NCBI RefSeq assembly: GCF_004010195.1
Contig: NC_057718.1
Span: 14,783,598-14,847,597 of the forward strand
DNA: 64,000 nt
Source of the DNA: Chiloscyllium plagiosum
Lineage: Eukaryota
Reading direction: 5' to 3'
Position numbers and translations under genes: made by a program. The notes beneath the pieces are model-generated. The model was given only the letters and a program-made list of their open reading frames with translations, made no database searches and was not told where the DNA came from. Positions 26,182-38,722 of the stretch are shown here, in pieces. Within the stretch, counting starts at the first letter, position 1, and the number at the start of each line of letters is the position of its first letter.

Positions 26182-26494
26182 AGAATCATAGAATCCTGGA
26201 ATCCCTCCAGTGTGGAAGCAGGCCATTCAGCCCATCGAATCCACACCAATCCTCCAAACAGCATCCCACCCAGACCCAACCTCCATTCTACCCCTGTAAC
26301 CCTGCATTTCCCAAGGTTAATCCACCAACCTGCATATCCCTGGAGACAGTGGAACAATTTAGCATGGCCAAACCACCACAGCCCTCAGAGGAAACCCACG
26401 CAAACCCTACACAGACAGTTGCTCGAGGCAGGAATCGAACCAGGACCTTGTGCTGTGAGGCAGCAGTGCTAACTACTGAGCCACCGTGCCACCC
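26182..26494 (-). mobile_element. HE1-type V-SINE
   Basis: Head and tail on the minus strand. Confidence 0.85.
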
Positions 26495-26924
26495 CCAAAA
26501 TACCAATTATCTAAATGCTAATTATTCTGCTTTTTCCTTCCTGCAAAGCATTTTTTCCTTCAATTTGTGCTGTTGGACATGTTTGTTTGACCCTCACTGA
26601 CAACTTCAGTGATGGCTTTGAAGACAGCCTAGCACTTTCTGGAAAGCTACACTTGGCATTTGTGTTCTGAAGCATGGCTCTCTCTCTTACACAATGCCCT
26701 GCTGCAGTGCTGAAGCCTCTTGCAGACCCTTGCTGTCCGAAACAAATTAATGGCAGCAACTGAAATTTCATCTAAATGTATAAAATCAAAGTACTGCAGA
26801 CGCTGGCGATCCAAAATGAAAACTGAAAGTGGTCGAGAAACTCCACAGGTATGCCAACCTCTGCAGAGACTCAGAGACAGAGTTAACATTTTGAGTCCTC
26901 TCTTCTGGAACATCAGAGTTCTTC

Positions 26925-27210
26925 TCAAGTGGGCACAAAAGATCCCAAGGCTCTATTTTAAGGAGAAAAATGGAGTTCTTGGGAGAGTCCTGATTAATAT
27001 TTCCCTACTCTATTCTTATTTTCCCGTTAAGAACATTACAAAAGGGATTATCTGATCATTATGGCATTGCTATTTGTGGTAGCTTGCTGTGCGACCAATT
27101 GGCTGTCACATTTCCTGCAGGGCAACACTGGCCACACCTCTGTTGACTGTAAAGCCCTTCGGGATGTCATGTGGTTGTGAAAGGTGCTACATAAATGCAA
27201 GTCTTATTTA
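26925..27210 (+). mobile_element. Deu-domain SINE 3' part
   Basis: AAAAGATCCCAAGGCTCTATTT...GGTGCTACATAAATGCAAGTC. Confidence 0.65.
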
Positions 27211-28690
27211 ACCACAAATTTTTAAGGTAGTTTTTACACCAAATACCATAGACCAGTTTTTTCTGCTGTTAATCGCAAAATGCTTCTCACGAGGAGGAAG
27301 AAAACAAGCTAGTTTTAATTGGATTTCTTTTCCACACACTGAAGGACTGGGACTTAATGGATGTTGTCAGACATCCTTGATCCGTCCATGATTGGACTTA
27401 ATAAGTTGAAGGTCTGAATTAAGATGCTGGTTCAGTCTTCTCCTGCGTCAAAGACTAAATAAGCTGGATCAGTTCTGCTTCTGACCGTGAGCCACACTGA
27501 AAAAAATAAACTGCTAATCGGTGTCACTAAGAGAGCTCCATAAAAACTGAAAACACCTCCAATATTATCAGCTGAATTATATGCTTAGATGATTCCCAGT
27601 TCATTAGCTACAGTTCTGAACCAAGTTATGCAGTGCAAGAAAAACAGGGGAACTATTCAGTGGCATGTGTAATGGCACTAAATATCTGTTTCAATGATTA
27701 ATTACAGGTCTGAAAATGGTAAGAGTTTCTACTATTTAAAATTCATTACAGGGACTATCATTAATTCCCTCTCATCAATGAAAACTGTGATTAGCACGCC
27801 ATGTACCTTTTCAGCATTTAGGAGTGTATTTCAGGGCTAAATTGGATATTGGGTGAGTATTCTTTTTTTTTCCTTGTGCCCTTGCCAAGCGATAATGCTC
27901 ACTTTACATTGAGTCCTAATCAATCCACTTCAATGAGGGTGAAATACTCTGTTATAATTGGCCTGTTTTGATTGTGCTGACTTAATCTGCTGCTCGGTGT
28001 AGCTAATGAGCTTTGAAGTTTCTACCCACACTGTGTGCTTTATTAGGCATGCTATCACACCACACTTCACCCTAACACTCTCAACAGGACCATGCACCTA
28101 GAACAATTATTCTATCTGCACTTTTCCCTCCCCCTCAAACCCCACCACCATCAGTTCCAACCAAATCCCCATGGGTTACAATTTGCAAAATGCACTCTGC
28201 ATTTATGCATAACTTCTGCAAATGGAATAAATGGCATTCTCATTACTTCTTTCAGGAGTCACAGGAATCAGTTGATGCAGGTGACAGAGCTAAGTGCCTG
28301 TGCTTTTAACAAACGAACAGAAGTGGATGGCGGCTGAACAGAAAGGTGAGAATTTGACCTGGTTACTTCCCAGAAGTCCTGTTAGAATAATTTGACATTT
28401 GTTAAAGCACTCAGACTTTTTTTTCAAAAAGTGAGTCCTGCTCCTGGGCTCTTTTTCAGTTTGCTCCTAAAATATGGGCATTGCTGGACTACACTTGGGG
28501 AAGAGATGATGAGCCACCTTCTTAAACTATTACAGTCTTCCCATTCCAAAATTATTCAAAAGATTTGTTGAGGTACATTAGATGGCAGTGTAAATTTAAC
28601 CAGATTGGTTTTCCAATACAGTACGTGGCATTTTGAGGTGCCTCACCACACGAGCATTTTAAGATTACATTTATAATATTCATTGTATAA

Positions 28691-29150
28691 CAAATATACA
28701 GCCCTTGCAACCTGATGAGGGTCCTGACCTGAAACATCGACTTTCCTGCTCCTCTGATGCTGCCTGACTTTCTGTGCCTTTTCAGTTCTGAATTTTATCG
28801 AATCTGATTTTCAGCATGTGCAGTCCTTACTATCTCCAAACAGCCCATGCAGTTGACTTGAGTTTCCAATCCCTCAGCGTTCTATTGGGAGAAGTTTCAA
28901 CAATGGCTGCCCCAAATGTTAGTGCATCACTCAGCATGTAGCCCTGGACCTTGGAATGTGCCCATCTGTAACATTCGGATGTGGGCACAGATTTTGGTCC
29001 TGGAAGGTCACATGTGAAACAGCAACTTTACCCAGCATTAGCTGGTGTTTATCTTTGGGTGTATATCTGGAATCAGCCTTTGGGGCAGAGAGTCTGTGGT
29101 ATGGAGCTTCTTACGCTGAACCTTGGCATAAACCAGGACAAGCAGTCCGA
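28691..29150 (-). mobile_element. Tx1-like LINE 3' remnant, interrupted by a PLE fragment
   Basis: Minus strand reads WFMPRF...HSKVQGYMLSDALTFG. Homologous to 33591-33890. Confidence 0.6.
28710..28838 (+). mobile_element. PLE terminal fragment with hammerhead core
   Basis: CTGATGA-G-GGTC-CT-GACC-T-GAAAC-ATC at 28712-28738. TSD ACAGCCCTTGCA (28698-28709) / ACAGCCCATGCA (28840-28851). Confidence 0.7.
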
Positions 29151-29879
29151 GCATTGAAATGCAGTGTGGATTTGATAGAGACTCATCGCATGATAAGCCA
29201 TTTTAGGAGATAGTTAGGAGTCAACCACATTGATATGGGTCCATAAATGTCAAGGTTCCTTTTCTGAAGGACATTAGTGAACCAAATAGGTTTTTAATGA
29301 CAATCTAGAGGTTTCACGGGCACCATTACTGATACTAGCTTTTTATTCTAGATTTATTTAATTCACTAACTGAACATAAATTCCCTAGCTGCCATGGTGC
29401 AATTGGAATGCATGTGCCTGGATCATTAGTCCAGGCCTCTGGGTTACAAGATCAGGAGTATACTTTACCCCTAGGCACTTGTCAATTTGTATACTCTGCG
29501 GCCCATCACAGTCAAATCTACACCCCAGGTCATCGCACACTCACTTGTGTAGGGCACACATTTGACTGACATTTAAATGAAAATTAAGTGTAGGCGCTGG
29601 CTATTGCTCCGAAACCAACAGGATGCAGTATGAATAACAATGTGATCTTATACATATGGATAACCTAATAACACACAGGCAGAGAAATGTGCAGCTGTAT
29701 ACTGTGAAGAATTCCACATCTCTGGCTGCTCCTTTGTTTACTGAATTTTGTTTCGGAGTCAATTTACCTTTTGATGAAGAGAATTTGGCCACAGATTTCT
29801 CTCCAACTTGTCATGGACACCAACTTGCAAAAGATTAGGCCAGGATTCAGTGGGGGCCTTGTGGAGCAGTGGTAGCTTT

Positions 29880-30148
29880 TTTGTTTGACTCATTTGTGGG
29901 ATGTGGGCGTCACTGGCTGGGCCAGTATTTTGTGCCTATCCCGAGTTGCCCTTAAGGTGGGGGTGAGCTGCCTTCTTGAACCGCTGCAGTTCACCCGCGA
30001 TAGGATGGAATTCCAGGATTTTGGCTCAGCAGCAGTGAAGGAACGGCAATATATTTCCAAGTGAGGATAGTGAGTGGCTTGGAGGGGAATTTGCAGGTGG
30101 TGGTATTCTCATGTATCTGTTGCCCTTGTCCTTCTAGGTGGAAGTACT
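29880..30148 (-). mobile_element. LINE 3' end (L2/CR1-group)
   Basis: GTGAAGGAACGGCAATATATTTCCAAGT is shared with 22028-22055. Confidence 0.7.
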
Positions 30149-30924
30149 TTAGATGGTTCAGTTCTTGTCCAATGTGTGCAGGATGGTAGACAAGCCAACA
30201 CTGGGTGAGGCCACATTGGATTTGGTACTGGGTAATGAACCCAGTCAGGTGTTAGATTTGGAGGTAGGTGAGCACTTTGGTGATAATAACCACAGTTTGG
30301 TTATGTTTACTTTAGCGATGGAAAGGGATATGTATATAACGCAGGGCAAGAGCTATTGCTGGGGGAAAGGCAATTATGATGTGATTAGGCAAGATTTAGC
30401 ATGCAAAAGATGGGGAAGGAAACTGCAGGGGAAGGGCACAATTGAAACGTGACCCTTAGTTGAGGAACAGCTACTGCGTGTCCTTGATAAGTATGTACTA
30501 TTCAGGCAGGGAGGAAGCTATCGAGCGCGGGAGCTGTGGTTTACTAAAGAAGTTGAATCTCTCTTCAAGAGGAAGAAGGCGGCTTATGTTAGGATGAGAC
30601 GTGAAGGCTCAGTTAGGGCACTTGAGAGTTACAGGTTAGCCAGGAAAGAACTAAAGAGAGAGCTAAGAAGAGCCAGGAGGGGCCATGAGAAGTCTTTGGC
30701 AGATAGAATCAAGGAAAACCCCAAGGCTTTCTATAGGAAGATCAGGAATAAAAGAATGACTAGAGAAAGATTAGGGCCAATCAATGGCAGTAGTGGGAAG
30801 TTGCGCATGGAGTCCAAGGAGATAGGGGGACACTAAATGGATATTTTTCATCATTATTCACACTAGAAAAAGACAATGTTGTCGAGGAGAATATTAGATA
30901 CAGACTACTAGACTAGATGGGGTT

Positions 30925-31141
30925 GAGCTGAAAAATGTGTTGCTGGAAAAGCGCAGCAGGTCAGGCAGCATCCAAGGAGCAGGAGAATCGACGTTTCGGG
31001 CATAAGCCCTTCTTCAGGAAGAAGGGCTTATGCCCAAAACGTCGATTCTCCTGTTCCTTGGATGCTGCCTGACCTGCTGCGCTTTTCCAGCAACACATTT
31101 TTCAGCTCTGATCTCCAGCATCTGCAGTCCTCACTTTCTCC
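30925..31141 (+). mobile_element. PLE family A fold-back insertion in CR1
   Basis: About 90-bp near-perfect inverted arms plus a 33-nt tail. TSD CTAGATGGGGTTGAG (30913-30927) / CTAGACGGGGATGAG (31141-31155). Confidence 0.88.
30990..31017 (-). ncRNA. minimal hammerhead ribozyme core
   Basis: Minus strand reads CTGAAGA-A-GGGC-TTAT-GCCC-GAAA-C-GTC. Confidence 0.65.
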
Positions 31142-31802
31142 TAGACGGGGATGAGGTTCACAAGGAGAAGGTGTTAGCAATTCTGGAGACTGTGAAAATA
31201 GCTAAGTCCCCTGGGCCGGATGGAATTTATCCTGGGATTCTCTAGAAAGCCAAGGAGGAAATTGCAGACCTTTTGCCTTTAATCTTTATGGCATCATTGT
31301 CTACAGGAATAGTGCCAGAAGACTGGAGAATAGTAAATGTAGTCCCCTTGTTCAAGAAGAGGAGTAAAGATAACCCTGGTAATTATAGACCAGAGAGCTT
31401 TATTTCGGTTGTGGGGAAAGTGTTGGATAAAGTTATAAGAAATATGATTTATAATAATCTAGAGAGGAATAAATTGATTAGGGATAGTCAACATGGTTTT
31501 GTGAAGGGTAGGTCGTGCCTCTTTGAGATGATGACCAAGCAGGTGGATGAGGGTAAAGTGGTTGATGTGGTGCATATAGATTTCAGTAAAGCACTTGATA
31601 AGGTTGCCCACAACAGACCATTGCACAAAATACAGAGGCATGGGATTGAGGATGATTTAGCGGTTTGGATCAGAAATTGGTTAGCTGAAAGAAGACAGAG
31701 GGTGGGGATTGATGGGAAATGTTCATCCTGGAGTTCAGTTGTTAGTGGTATGCCACAAGGATCTATTTTGGGTCCACTGCTGTTTGTCATATTTATAAAT
31801 GA

Positions 31803-32067
31803 GGAGGAAGTGAGGACTGCAGATGCTGGAGATCAGAGCTGAAAATGTGTTGCTGGAAAAGCGCAGCAGGTCAGGCAGCATCCAAGGAGCAGGAAACCTA
31901 TCGCATTTCCAACGCCTCTCTCCCAAGTCCCTCCTCCCTACCTTTTATCTTAGCCTGCTTGGCATACCCTCCTCATTCCTGATGAAGGGCTCATGCCCGA
32001 AACGTCGATTCTCCTGCTCCTTGGATGCTGCCTGACCTGCTGCGCTTTTCCAGCAACACATTTTCAG
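31803..32067 (-). mobile_element. PLE family A inverted composite insertion in the CR1 RT domain
   Basis: TSD CATATTTATAAATGA (31788-31802) / CATTTTTATAAATGA (32068-32082). Splits the LFVIFIND motif. Confidence 0.88.
31979..32006 (+). ncRNA. minimal hammerhead ribozyme core (intact consensus)
   Basis: CTGATGA-A-GGGC-TCAT-GCCC-GAAA-C-GTC. Confidence 0.7.
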
Positions 32068-33179
32068 CATTTTTATAAATGACCAAGGTGAGGACGTAGA
32101 AGAATGGGTTAGTAAATTTGCGGATGACACTAAGGTCCGGAGAGTTGTGGATAGTGCCGAAGGATGTTGTAGGTTACAGAGGGACATAGATAAGCTGCAG
32201 AGCTGGTCTGAGAGGTGGCAAATGGAGTTTAATGAGGAAAAGTGTGAGGTGATTCACTTTGGAAGGAGCAACAGGAATAAAGAGTACTGGGCTAATGGTA
32301 AGATTCTTGGGAGAGTAGATGAGCAGAGAGATCTCAGTGTCCAGGTACATAGATCCCTGAATTTTGCCACCCAGGTTGATAGGGTTGTTAAGAGGACATA
32401 TGGAGTCTTAGTTTTTATTGGTAGAGGGATTGAGTTTTGGAGGCACGAGGTCATGCTGCAGTTGTACAAAACTCTGGTGCAGCCGCACTTGGAGTATCGT
32501 GTACTGTTCTGGTCGCTGCATTATAGGAAGGATGTGGAAGCTTTGGAAAGAGTTCAGAGGAAATTTACGAGGATGTTGCTTGGTATGGAAGGAAGGTCTT
32601 ATGAGGAAAGGCTGAGGGACTTGAGGCTGTTTTCATTAGAGAGGAGAAGGTTGAAAGGTGACTTAATTGGTACATATAAGATAATCAGAGAGTTAGATAG
32701 TTGGACAGTGAGAACCTTTTTCCTCAGATGGTGATGGCTAGCACGAGGGGACATAGCTTTAAATTGAATATAAGACAGATGTCGGAGGTAATTTCTTTAC
32801 TCAGAGAGTAGTAGGGGCGTGGAACACACTGCCTGTAACAGTAATAGACTTGCCAACTTTAAGGGCATTTAAATGGTCATTGGATAAACATATCGATGAA
32901 AATGGAAGAGTGTAGAATAGATAGGCTTCAGATTGGTTCCACAGGTCAGCGCAACATTGAGAGCCTAAGGGCCTGTATTGCGCTGTAATGTTCCATGTTC
33001 TATGAATCTCACACCAGGAAACAGGTGAGTGGAAATCTAATATGCACATAGGGGCTGCATTCCATGACCCTTTTCACATTGATTATTTATAAACTGGTCA
33101 GTGAGATTTTATTGAAAATGGAGAATAGCCTCAAATTCTGATTACAAGTCTCTCCCCCCACCCCATACCACACTCCAGG

Positions 33180-33390
33180 TGGGTTAAATAGTGGCTTAAT
33201 ACACTTGGCACTAAAACTTAGCCAATCAGGGAGAGACTTCGCTTCAGGGTTACCACATCTCAGGCGAAGGGAGAGGTTGAGGAGGAGAGTCCTTCATGGT
33301 AATCTCTGCCAATGCAGGAATTGAACCCATGCTGTCGGCATCCCTCTGCATTGCAAACCAGCCATCCAGCCGACTGAGCTAAGTGACCCC
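33180..33390 (-). mobile_element. tRNA-derived SINE (separate family)
   Basis: Minus-strand A box TAGCTCAGTCGG and B box GGTTCAATTCC, followed by a non-tRNA body. Confidence 0.65.
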
Positions 33391-33590
33391 AGTTAAAAAA
33401 AATTAACCAGAATCTTCCATTATTGGGCAATGGCAGAGGGGCAGGAAGTACAGCAGCAATGTTCATAGAGTCTATGTTATTAACTCCTGATATCATACAT
33501 ATGACAACTCAATAAAAGTGGGGAAAAGGAATGTCTGCATTTATATAGCACCTATCAGGACATCTCAATCTACCAATTTCCATTGCATAT

Positions 33591-33890
33591 CAAACATACA
33601 GCCCGTGAGTTGCAGTGTCCGCAGCATACAACAGGGAAAGGGCTTTTCCCCTATTGAAGTTCAACAACGATTCCCCCAAGTATTAGCGCATCCCTCAGCA
33701 CATAGTCCTGAACCTTGGATTGTGCAACATTTGGATGTGGCCAGCTCTTTGTACTGTAGGATCATAGTTGAAACAGCAACTTTATCCAGCTGGTGATTAT
33801 CTTGGTACGTATACCTGATGGAACAGCCATGAGTCGTGTGTTATTGAACTTATCAGGTTCAACCTTGGCGTAATCCACTGCACGCAGCCT
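33591..33890 (-). mobile_element. Tx1-like LINE 3' remnant
   Basis: Minus strand reads ILQYKELATSKCC..SKVQDYVLRDALILG, resembling the Tx1-clade ORF2 C-terminus. Confidence 0.65.
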
Positions 33891-36539
33891 GGGTGAGACA
33901 TTTATGAAGAACAGTCACTGTAATGTAGGAAATGTGGGAATCAATTTGCTCAGATCAAGCTCCCTCTCACAGCAATGTGATAATGGACAGAGGATTATTT
34001 TACAATGATATTTACTACTGCCAGGTCAAATATTGGTCAGGACACCTGGGAATAAGACCCCTACTTTCCTATGAAATAGTACTGGGGATTGTTTACCTCT
34101 CTCTGAGGTCTGCTTTCTCAGGTGAAGTCTTGTTTGAAATACAGCTGCTCCAGCAGTGTGGCATTTTCTCAGGACCAGGCTAGATTCTGGGTTCAGGTCT
34201 CAGGAGTGGGTCTTGGACCTGGAGGCAAAATATTCTCCAATGGATCCCTGGGTGGTATTGACAACTTCATATTTTGCACCCTGTCGGTCTCTGCTTGATT
34301 AGAAAACTTATCCATTGGACCTTTGATCATCCCCACTAATCTGTCCATTTCAGGCTTTTCATCATTCGGTTTATGTGTTAAACAGCCTGGGGCAGTCTTT
34401 ACGTTAAAGACCCATCATAAATGCTGGTGTTTTATTGTAGGTGGAACATCCCCCTCGAACATTACCTCCCTGGGTGAAAGTTGTGTCTGTTATTAACCTT
34501 CATGTCAATTCTTAGAAAATAATGTTACATGATGCTCATTTAGTAACAAAATATTTTGATTTCTAACCACAGATGTATCTGTTCAATTTCTGTGTTTGGC
34601 TAACAGACGTACCCTGCGTTGAATGAGACAAAGTGGGAAACATAAGCAGAAATTGCTAGAGAAACTCAATAGGTCTGGCAGCATCTGTAGGAAGAAAACA
34701 GATTTAGTGTTTTGAGTCTAGTGACACTTCTTCAGAACTGATAGTAGCTGTTTATGCTGAAGACAGGGGATATAAATACCTTTTTCTTTTTCTTTCCTAG
34801 CTTCCTGTTCAAATGGATTGACGTGTAATCATTTTACAAAACGATGATTCCCAAGAATGTTAGGACTAAAATCCCAGCACAATGGCCAACTCATCCATTC
34901 GATAGCCAATCCTTTTGGCAATCAACTCAAAGCAACTTTGCAAAAATAACAGTTAGCATGAGAACTCAATGCTTGTGTTTTTGTTCATGTTTGCTTACCT
35001 TCCCTGGCATCTACCTAATTACCTGCTCCACCTGTCACAGCAATGGGCCGTTCACTTTGGTATCTTCCGAGACCCTTAACTGGCCAATCCTACCTCCTTT
35101 GCTATTTGTCCAAATGTCAGTTCAGTGGTGTGCCATTAGCAGATTTACACTGTGTGTCATGACCACAATGAAATGAACTCAGTTCATGCCACACGGGGCC
35201 ATGGAGCAGAGGCACATAAATCCTGGACTAGACAAGGCGACACAATAATATCTGACTCACCACATTAGCGCCTTCTGATCTGTCAGCAATTTCAATCTAG
35301 ATTATGCTCATTAAGGAGGGACTATTTTACGGAAGAAAACTGGTGAGATTGACTGAGGAGAACAAAGATTGTACAAAGGAATTGAATGCAAGGAGAGACA
35401 AAGAACCAGAAAGGGATAAAAACTCAATCATAAAAGACACCAGCAAAGATGAAAATTAGGGAACAGCACAAAGAGTCAGATTAAAAGAAGCCTCAAGACA
35501 AATAAATCAAGTTCATTCGCAACAAGGAGACAATTAAAGAACAAAAAAACTTTATGTTACTGAGGGCATTAACTCTTCACATCACCTTTCATAAACGAGA
35601 AAGGTGAAAAGATTTCAAACCTTGTGAAAATGATTTCACCATTGGTAGGCTTTAATGAACTTGGATCTCATTAAAGAAGCACTTGCATTTAAGTAGCACT
35701 TTTCAGACCCACAAGATACCTCAAACTACTTTACAGACAATGAAGTACTTTTGGAGTGTAGTCACTGTTGTAATATTACATGATCATGTGATAACTGCCA
35801 TTACTACAGGACTTGTCATCGAAGGTCTGCCTCATCCAGGACTTTGACCATCAATTAAAGTCCCAGATTTGTGGTAACAAAACACAAAAAAACAGAATGA
35901 ATTATTTCTGAAACTATAAATAAACAAACAGGTTTTGGCATTGGAAATGAAAAGTCTGGACCAACTGATTTACGTTCACATACAGTGACTGACATCAATT
36001 TTATTTTTCCTATTCTGTCGTGGGATGTGGCATAGCTGGTTAGTGAGAAAGTAGTGGTGAGCTGCCTACTTGAACCACTGCAGTCCACAGGCTGTAGGTA
36101 GATTTCCGTACATCTCTATTACAGTCTTCCCCAAAAGTTCATGTTACATTCTTCATATTGTTCATGTGACAGTTTTACAGACTCATACGTCAACAAAATT
36201 GCCAACCAGTAAATAACATCAAAAAGCATAATTTAATCCAGCCCACTTTATCATAATGATTACTAAATGTATAAATTGCACATAAGATCATCCAGTAACT
36301 CACAGGAACACTTGGAGTAACATCATGCAAGCCTTATCAAACACTTTATTGTGTATTTCTTCAAGTCAACATTCTGTGAAAAGCACAAAGCAATGAGTGT
36401 AGATATTCATTCTTATGTAAATTAATTCTCTAACTGTTTAAAAAAAGTGACATTTGTGGTGCTTATCATCTTGTTCTGATCTGGACAATTTGCATACAGT
36501 TACATTCACTTTGGGTTTAAAGCATGCATTCACATCTTT

Positions 36540-36730
36540 CAAGAAGTGGTGGAGGCTGGTACAATTGCAACATTTAAGAGGCATTTGGATGGGTATATGA
36601 ATAGGAAGGGTTTGGAAGGCTAGATATGGGCCGGGTGCTGGCAGGTGGGACGGGATTGGGTTGGGATATCTTGTCGGCATGGACGAGTTGGACCAAAGGG
36701 TCTGTTTCCATGCTGTACATCTCTATGACT
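36540..36730 (+). mobile_element. CR1/HER1 3' end
   Basis: GAAGTGGTGGAGGCTGGTACAATT...CATCTCTATGACT. Confidence 0.88.
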
Positions 36731-38722
36731 CCCAACAGTGATAAGGGCGTACCAACTCTTGGCTGCTGTAGCTTGTTCAACAGATCTGTTGCTATTCATA
36801 AATATGCAATAACACATTGTAAAATCATCAGTTCTGCTTCGCATCACCCTGCCATTCGACCAGCAGCACTAGGACAGCAAAAGTTGCAGCCATTGCTTCT
36901 TTCCCATTGTCTTGGCTATGTCTCGTTCTTTTTGTTCCTTTTTAGTTTTTTTCATCCACTGCAGCTGTCAAGATTCCTATGTCTCTCTCTTTCCCTCTTA
37001 GTGGCTGTGCTTCCTAGAGCTATTCAACAGTCAATCTTAGCCTCACTTCTGACACCATAATGTCTGCCAACCAGATAGCAGTCTGTTGTGTCTTTATTGA
37101 AGTCTTTGTAAGACTACTTTGAGAAACTATGGCTACTTCCAGGATGTGTACCTCATGGTAGAGGTCACATCTCTAAAGCAGATTCAGAAAGACATTTGTA
37201 CATAATTTTATTTCAATCCAAATAATCATCCTTTACAGACTTCAGGTAGGAACCAATCAGAACCTGAATTCAGCTTCTGGGAGGTGAAAGACACCCTCTA
37301 AATTTAACAAAGCTCTAAGACTTTTGTTTACATCTGGCACTGTATACCTGCTTGAAATCTCCAAAAGTTGTATCCTGCACACAAAAAAAATTCCTCAAAG
37401 TCAAGCAATGGAAACTGAGGGATAGGCCTCAGAAAATCAGTTTGCTCAATTAAACAGTTAACAAGTTGAAAGCAAGTTATTGAAAGGAGATGGCAAAAAG
37501 TTGGCACAAGTTTAATTTGGCAGTGAATGACATGGGGTGAGAATGTGACTCCCTCATTAATCTCAAACAACGTCTCTGCTATTTTTAGACTATAACAACA
37601 AGTTAATTCTAATCCTGCTGTACATTAAAAAAAAGGGGCTTTCTTCCTGTTGTGTCTGGGTCTGCGGCAGATGAATTGTTTGGAGATTAATTAGCATGAC
37701 ATAATTTAGTCAACAACTCCATTATTTCTGTGTCATTCAACAACCGGAATCCTAGACAGCAAACTGGATGGGGCTGGCTCTTCTACCATCTCAATAACCC
37801 CTACACCCATATTAATGAATAAAGAACCAAATGTAAGAGATCAGCAGTAAACAGATGCTATGAAAACTGTATTCTTCTTTGCTAATATAATGACCATAAA
37901 CGGGTCCACCAATATGTTCTACTTAATTACAAATTCATTTTGAGACATCAAGTGTCCTGCAAGTCTGACTTGAGACACAGTGGGAAAGCAGTAAAAATGA
38001 TGGATGTGATGACATTAATACTGCAGATATTCTCAAGCATTTTAATAAAGAAGGCATAAAGATGCTTTGGATTACGCAAAAAAAAATTATAGACTTTATG
38101 GGCTGACTAATATTGTAATAAAGTCACTTTTTTTCCACCCATTCATCATATATGATACCTGTAGGTTTATTCTGAAATGAGGTAATGTAATACTGTTCTG
38201 TTTGAGTTATATCTACTCAAACAACATTTTGACCAGCAGTAATCAGCAAGCTAAAACCTAAAGGGAAGAACACAACATTCTCCACAGTGGATCCTTGCGA
38301 ACATCAAACAGATTTCCACTCAACAGGAGCTGTTATTGCTTGGCATTACCTCACTCTTCTTGCAGGAAAATAAATCCACTCTAAACCTCTTACAAATAAA
38401 CCCCCAGGAAGCGTTATCAAAATAACTGATGAATCTAAACCCAAAACAATAAGTCGCGCAAGATGTCCACCTGTAACTGTGTGCAATGTGAAGTATTTAT
38501 TGAAAGTTTCAACCCCAGGAAAATCCAGATTATTACTCTAGCACCTGGTGACTGTATATGTACCAATGTGGAAAATAGGAGCACTAGTGAGCTATTCAGT
38601 CTCTTGAGTCTGTTCACCAGTTAGCAAGATCATGGCTGACTTGATAGCAGCCTCAATTCTATAGTCTTCTCCAACCCCCATACCTTTTGCCTCCTTTCTT
38701 AGACAAAAATCTATCTAACTCT

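Larger units (their letters stand above)
30153..33003 (+). mobile_element. 5'-truncated CR1 LINE ORF2 (endonuclease C-terminus plus reverse transcriptase), degenerate
   Basis: PTLGEATLDLVL, KSPGPDGIYP, PGNYRP, SQHGFVKGRSC, DFSKALDKV, PQGSILGP, KFADDTK, LYKTLVQPHLEY. Has stops, frameshifts and two nested PLE insertions. Confidence 0.95.

Noticed and set aside
26073..26600. 175-aa ORF
   Set aside because: It mostly runs through an antisense HE1 SINE and has no recognisable domain.
31273..32734. Long ORFs (189 aa, 195 aa) as a functional reverse transcriptase gene
   Set aside because: They are fragments of a dead CR1 ORF2 with stops, frameshifts and a PLE insertion in the RT core.
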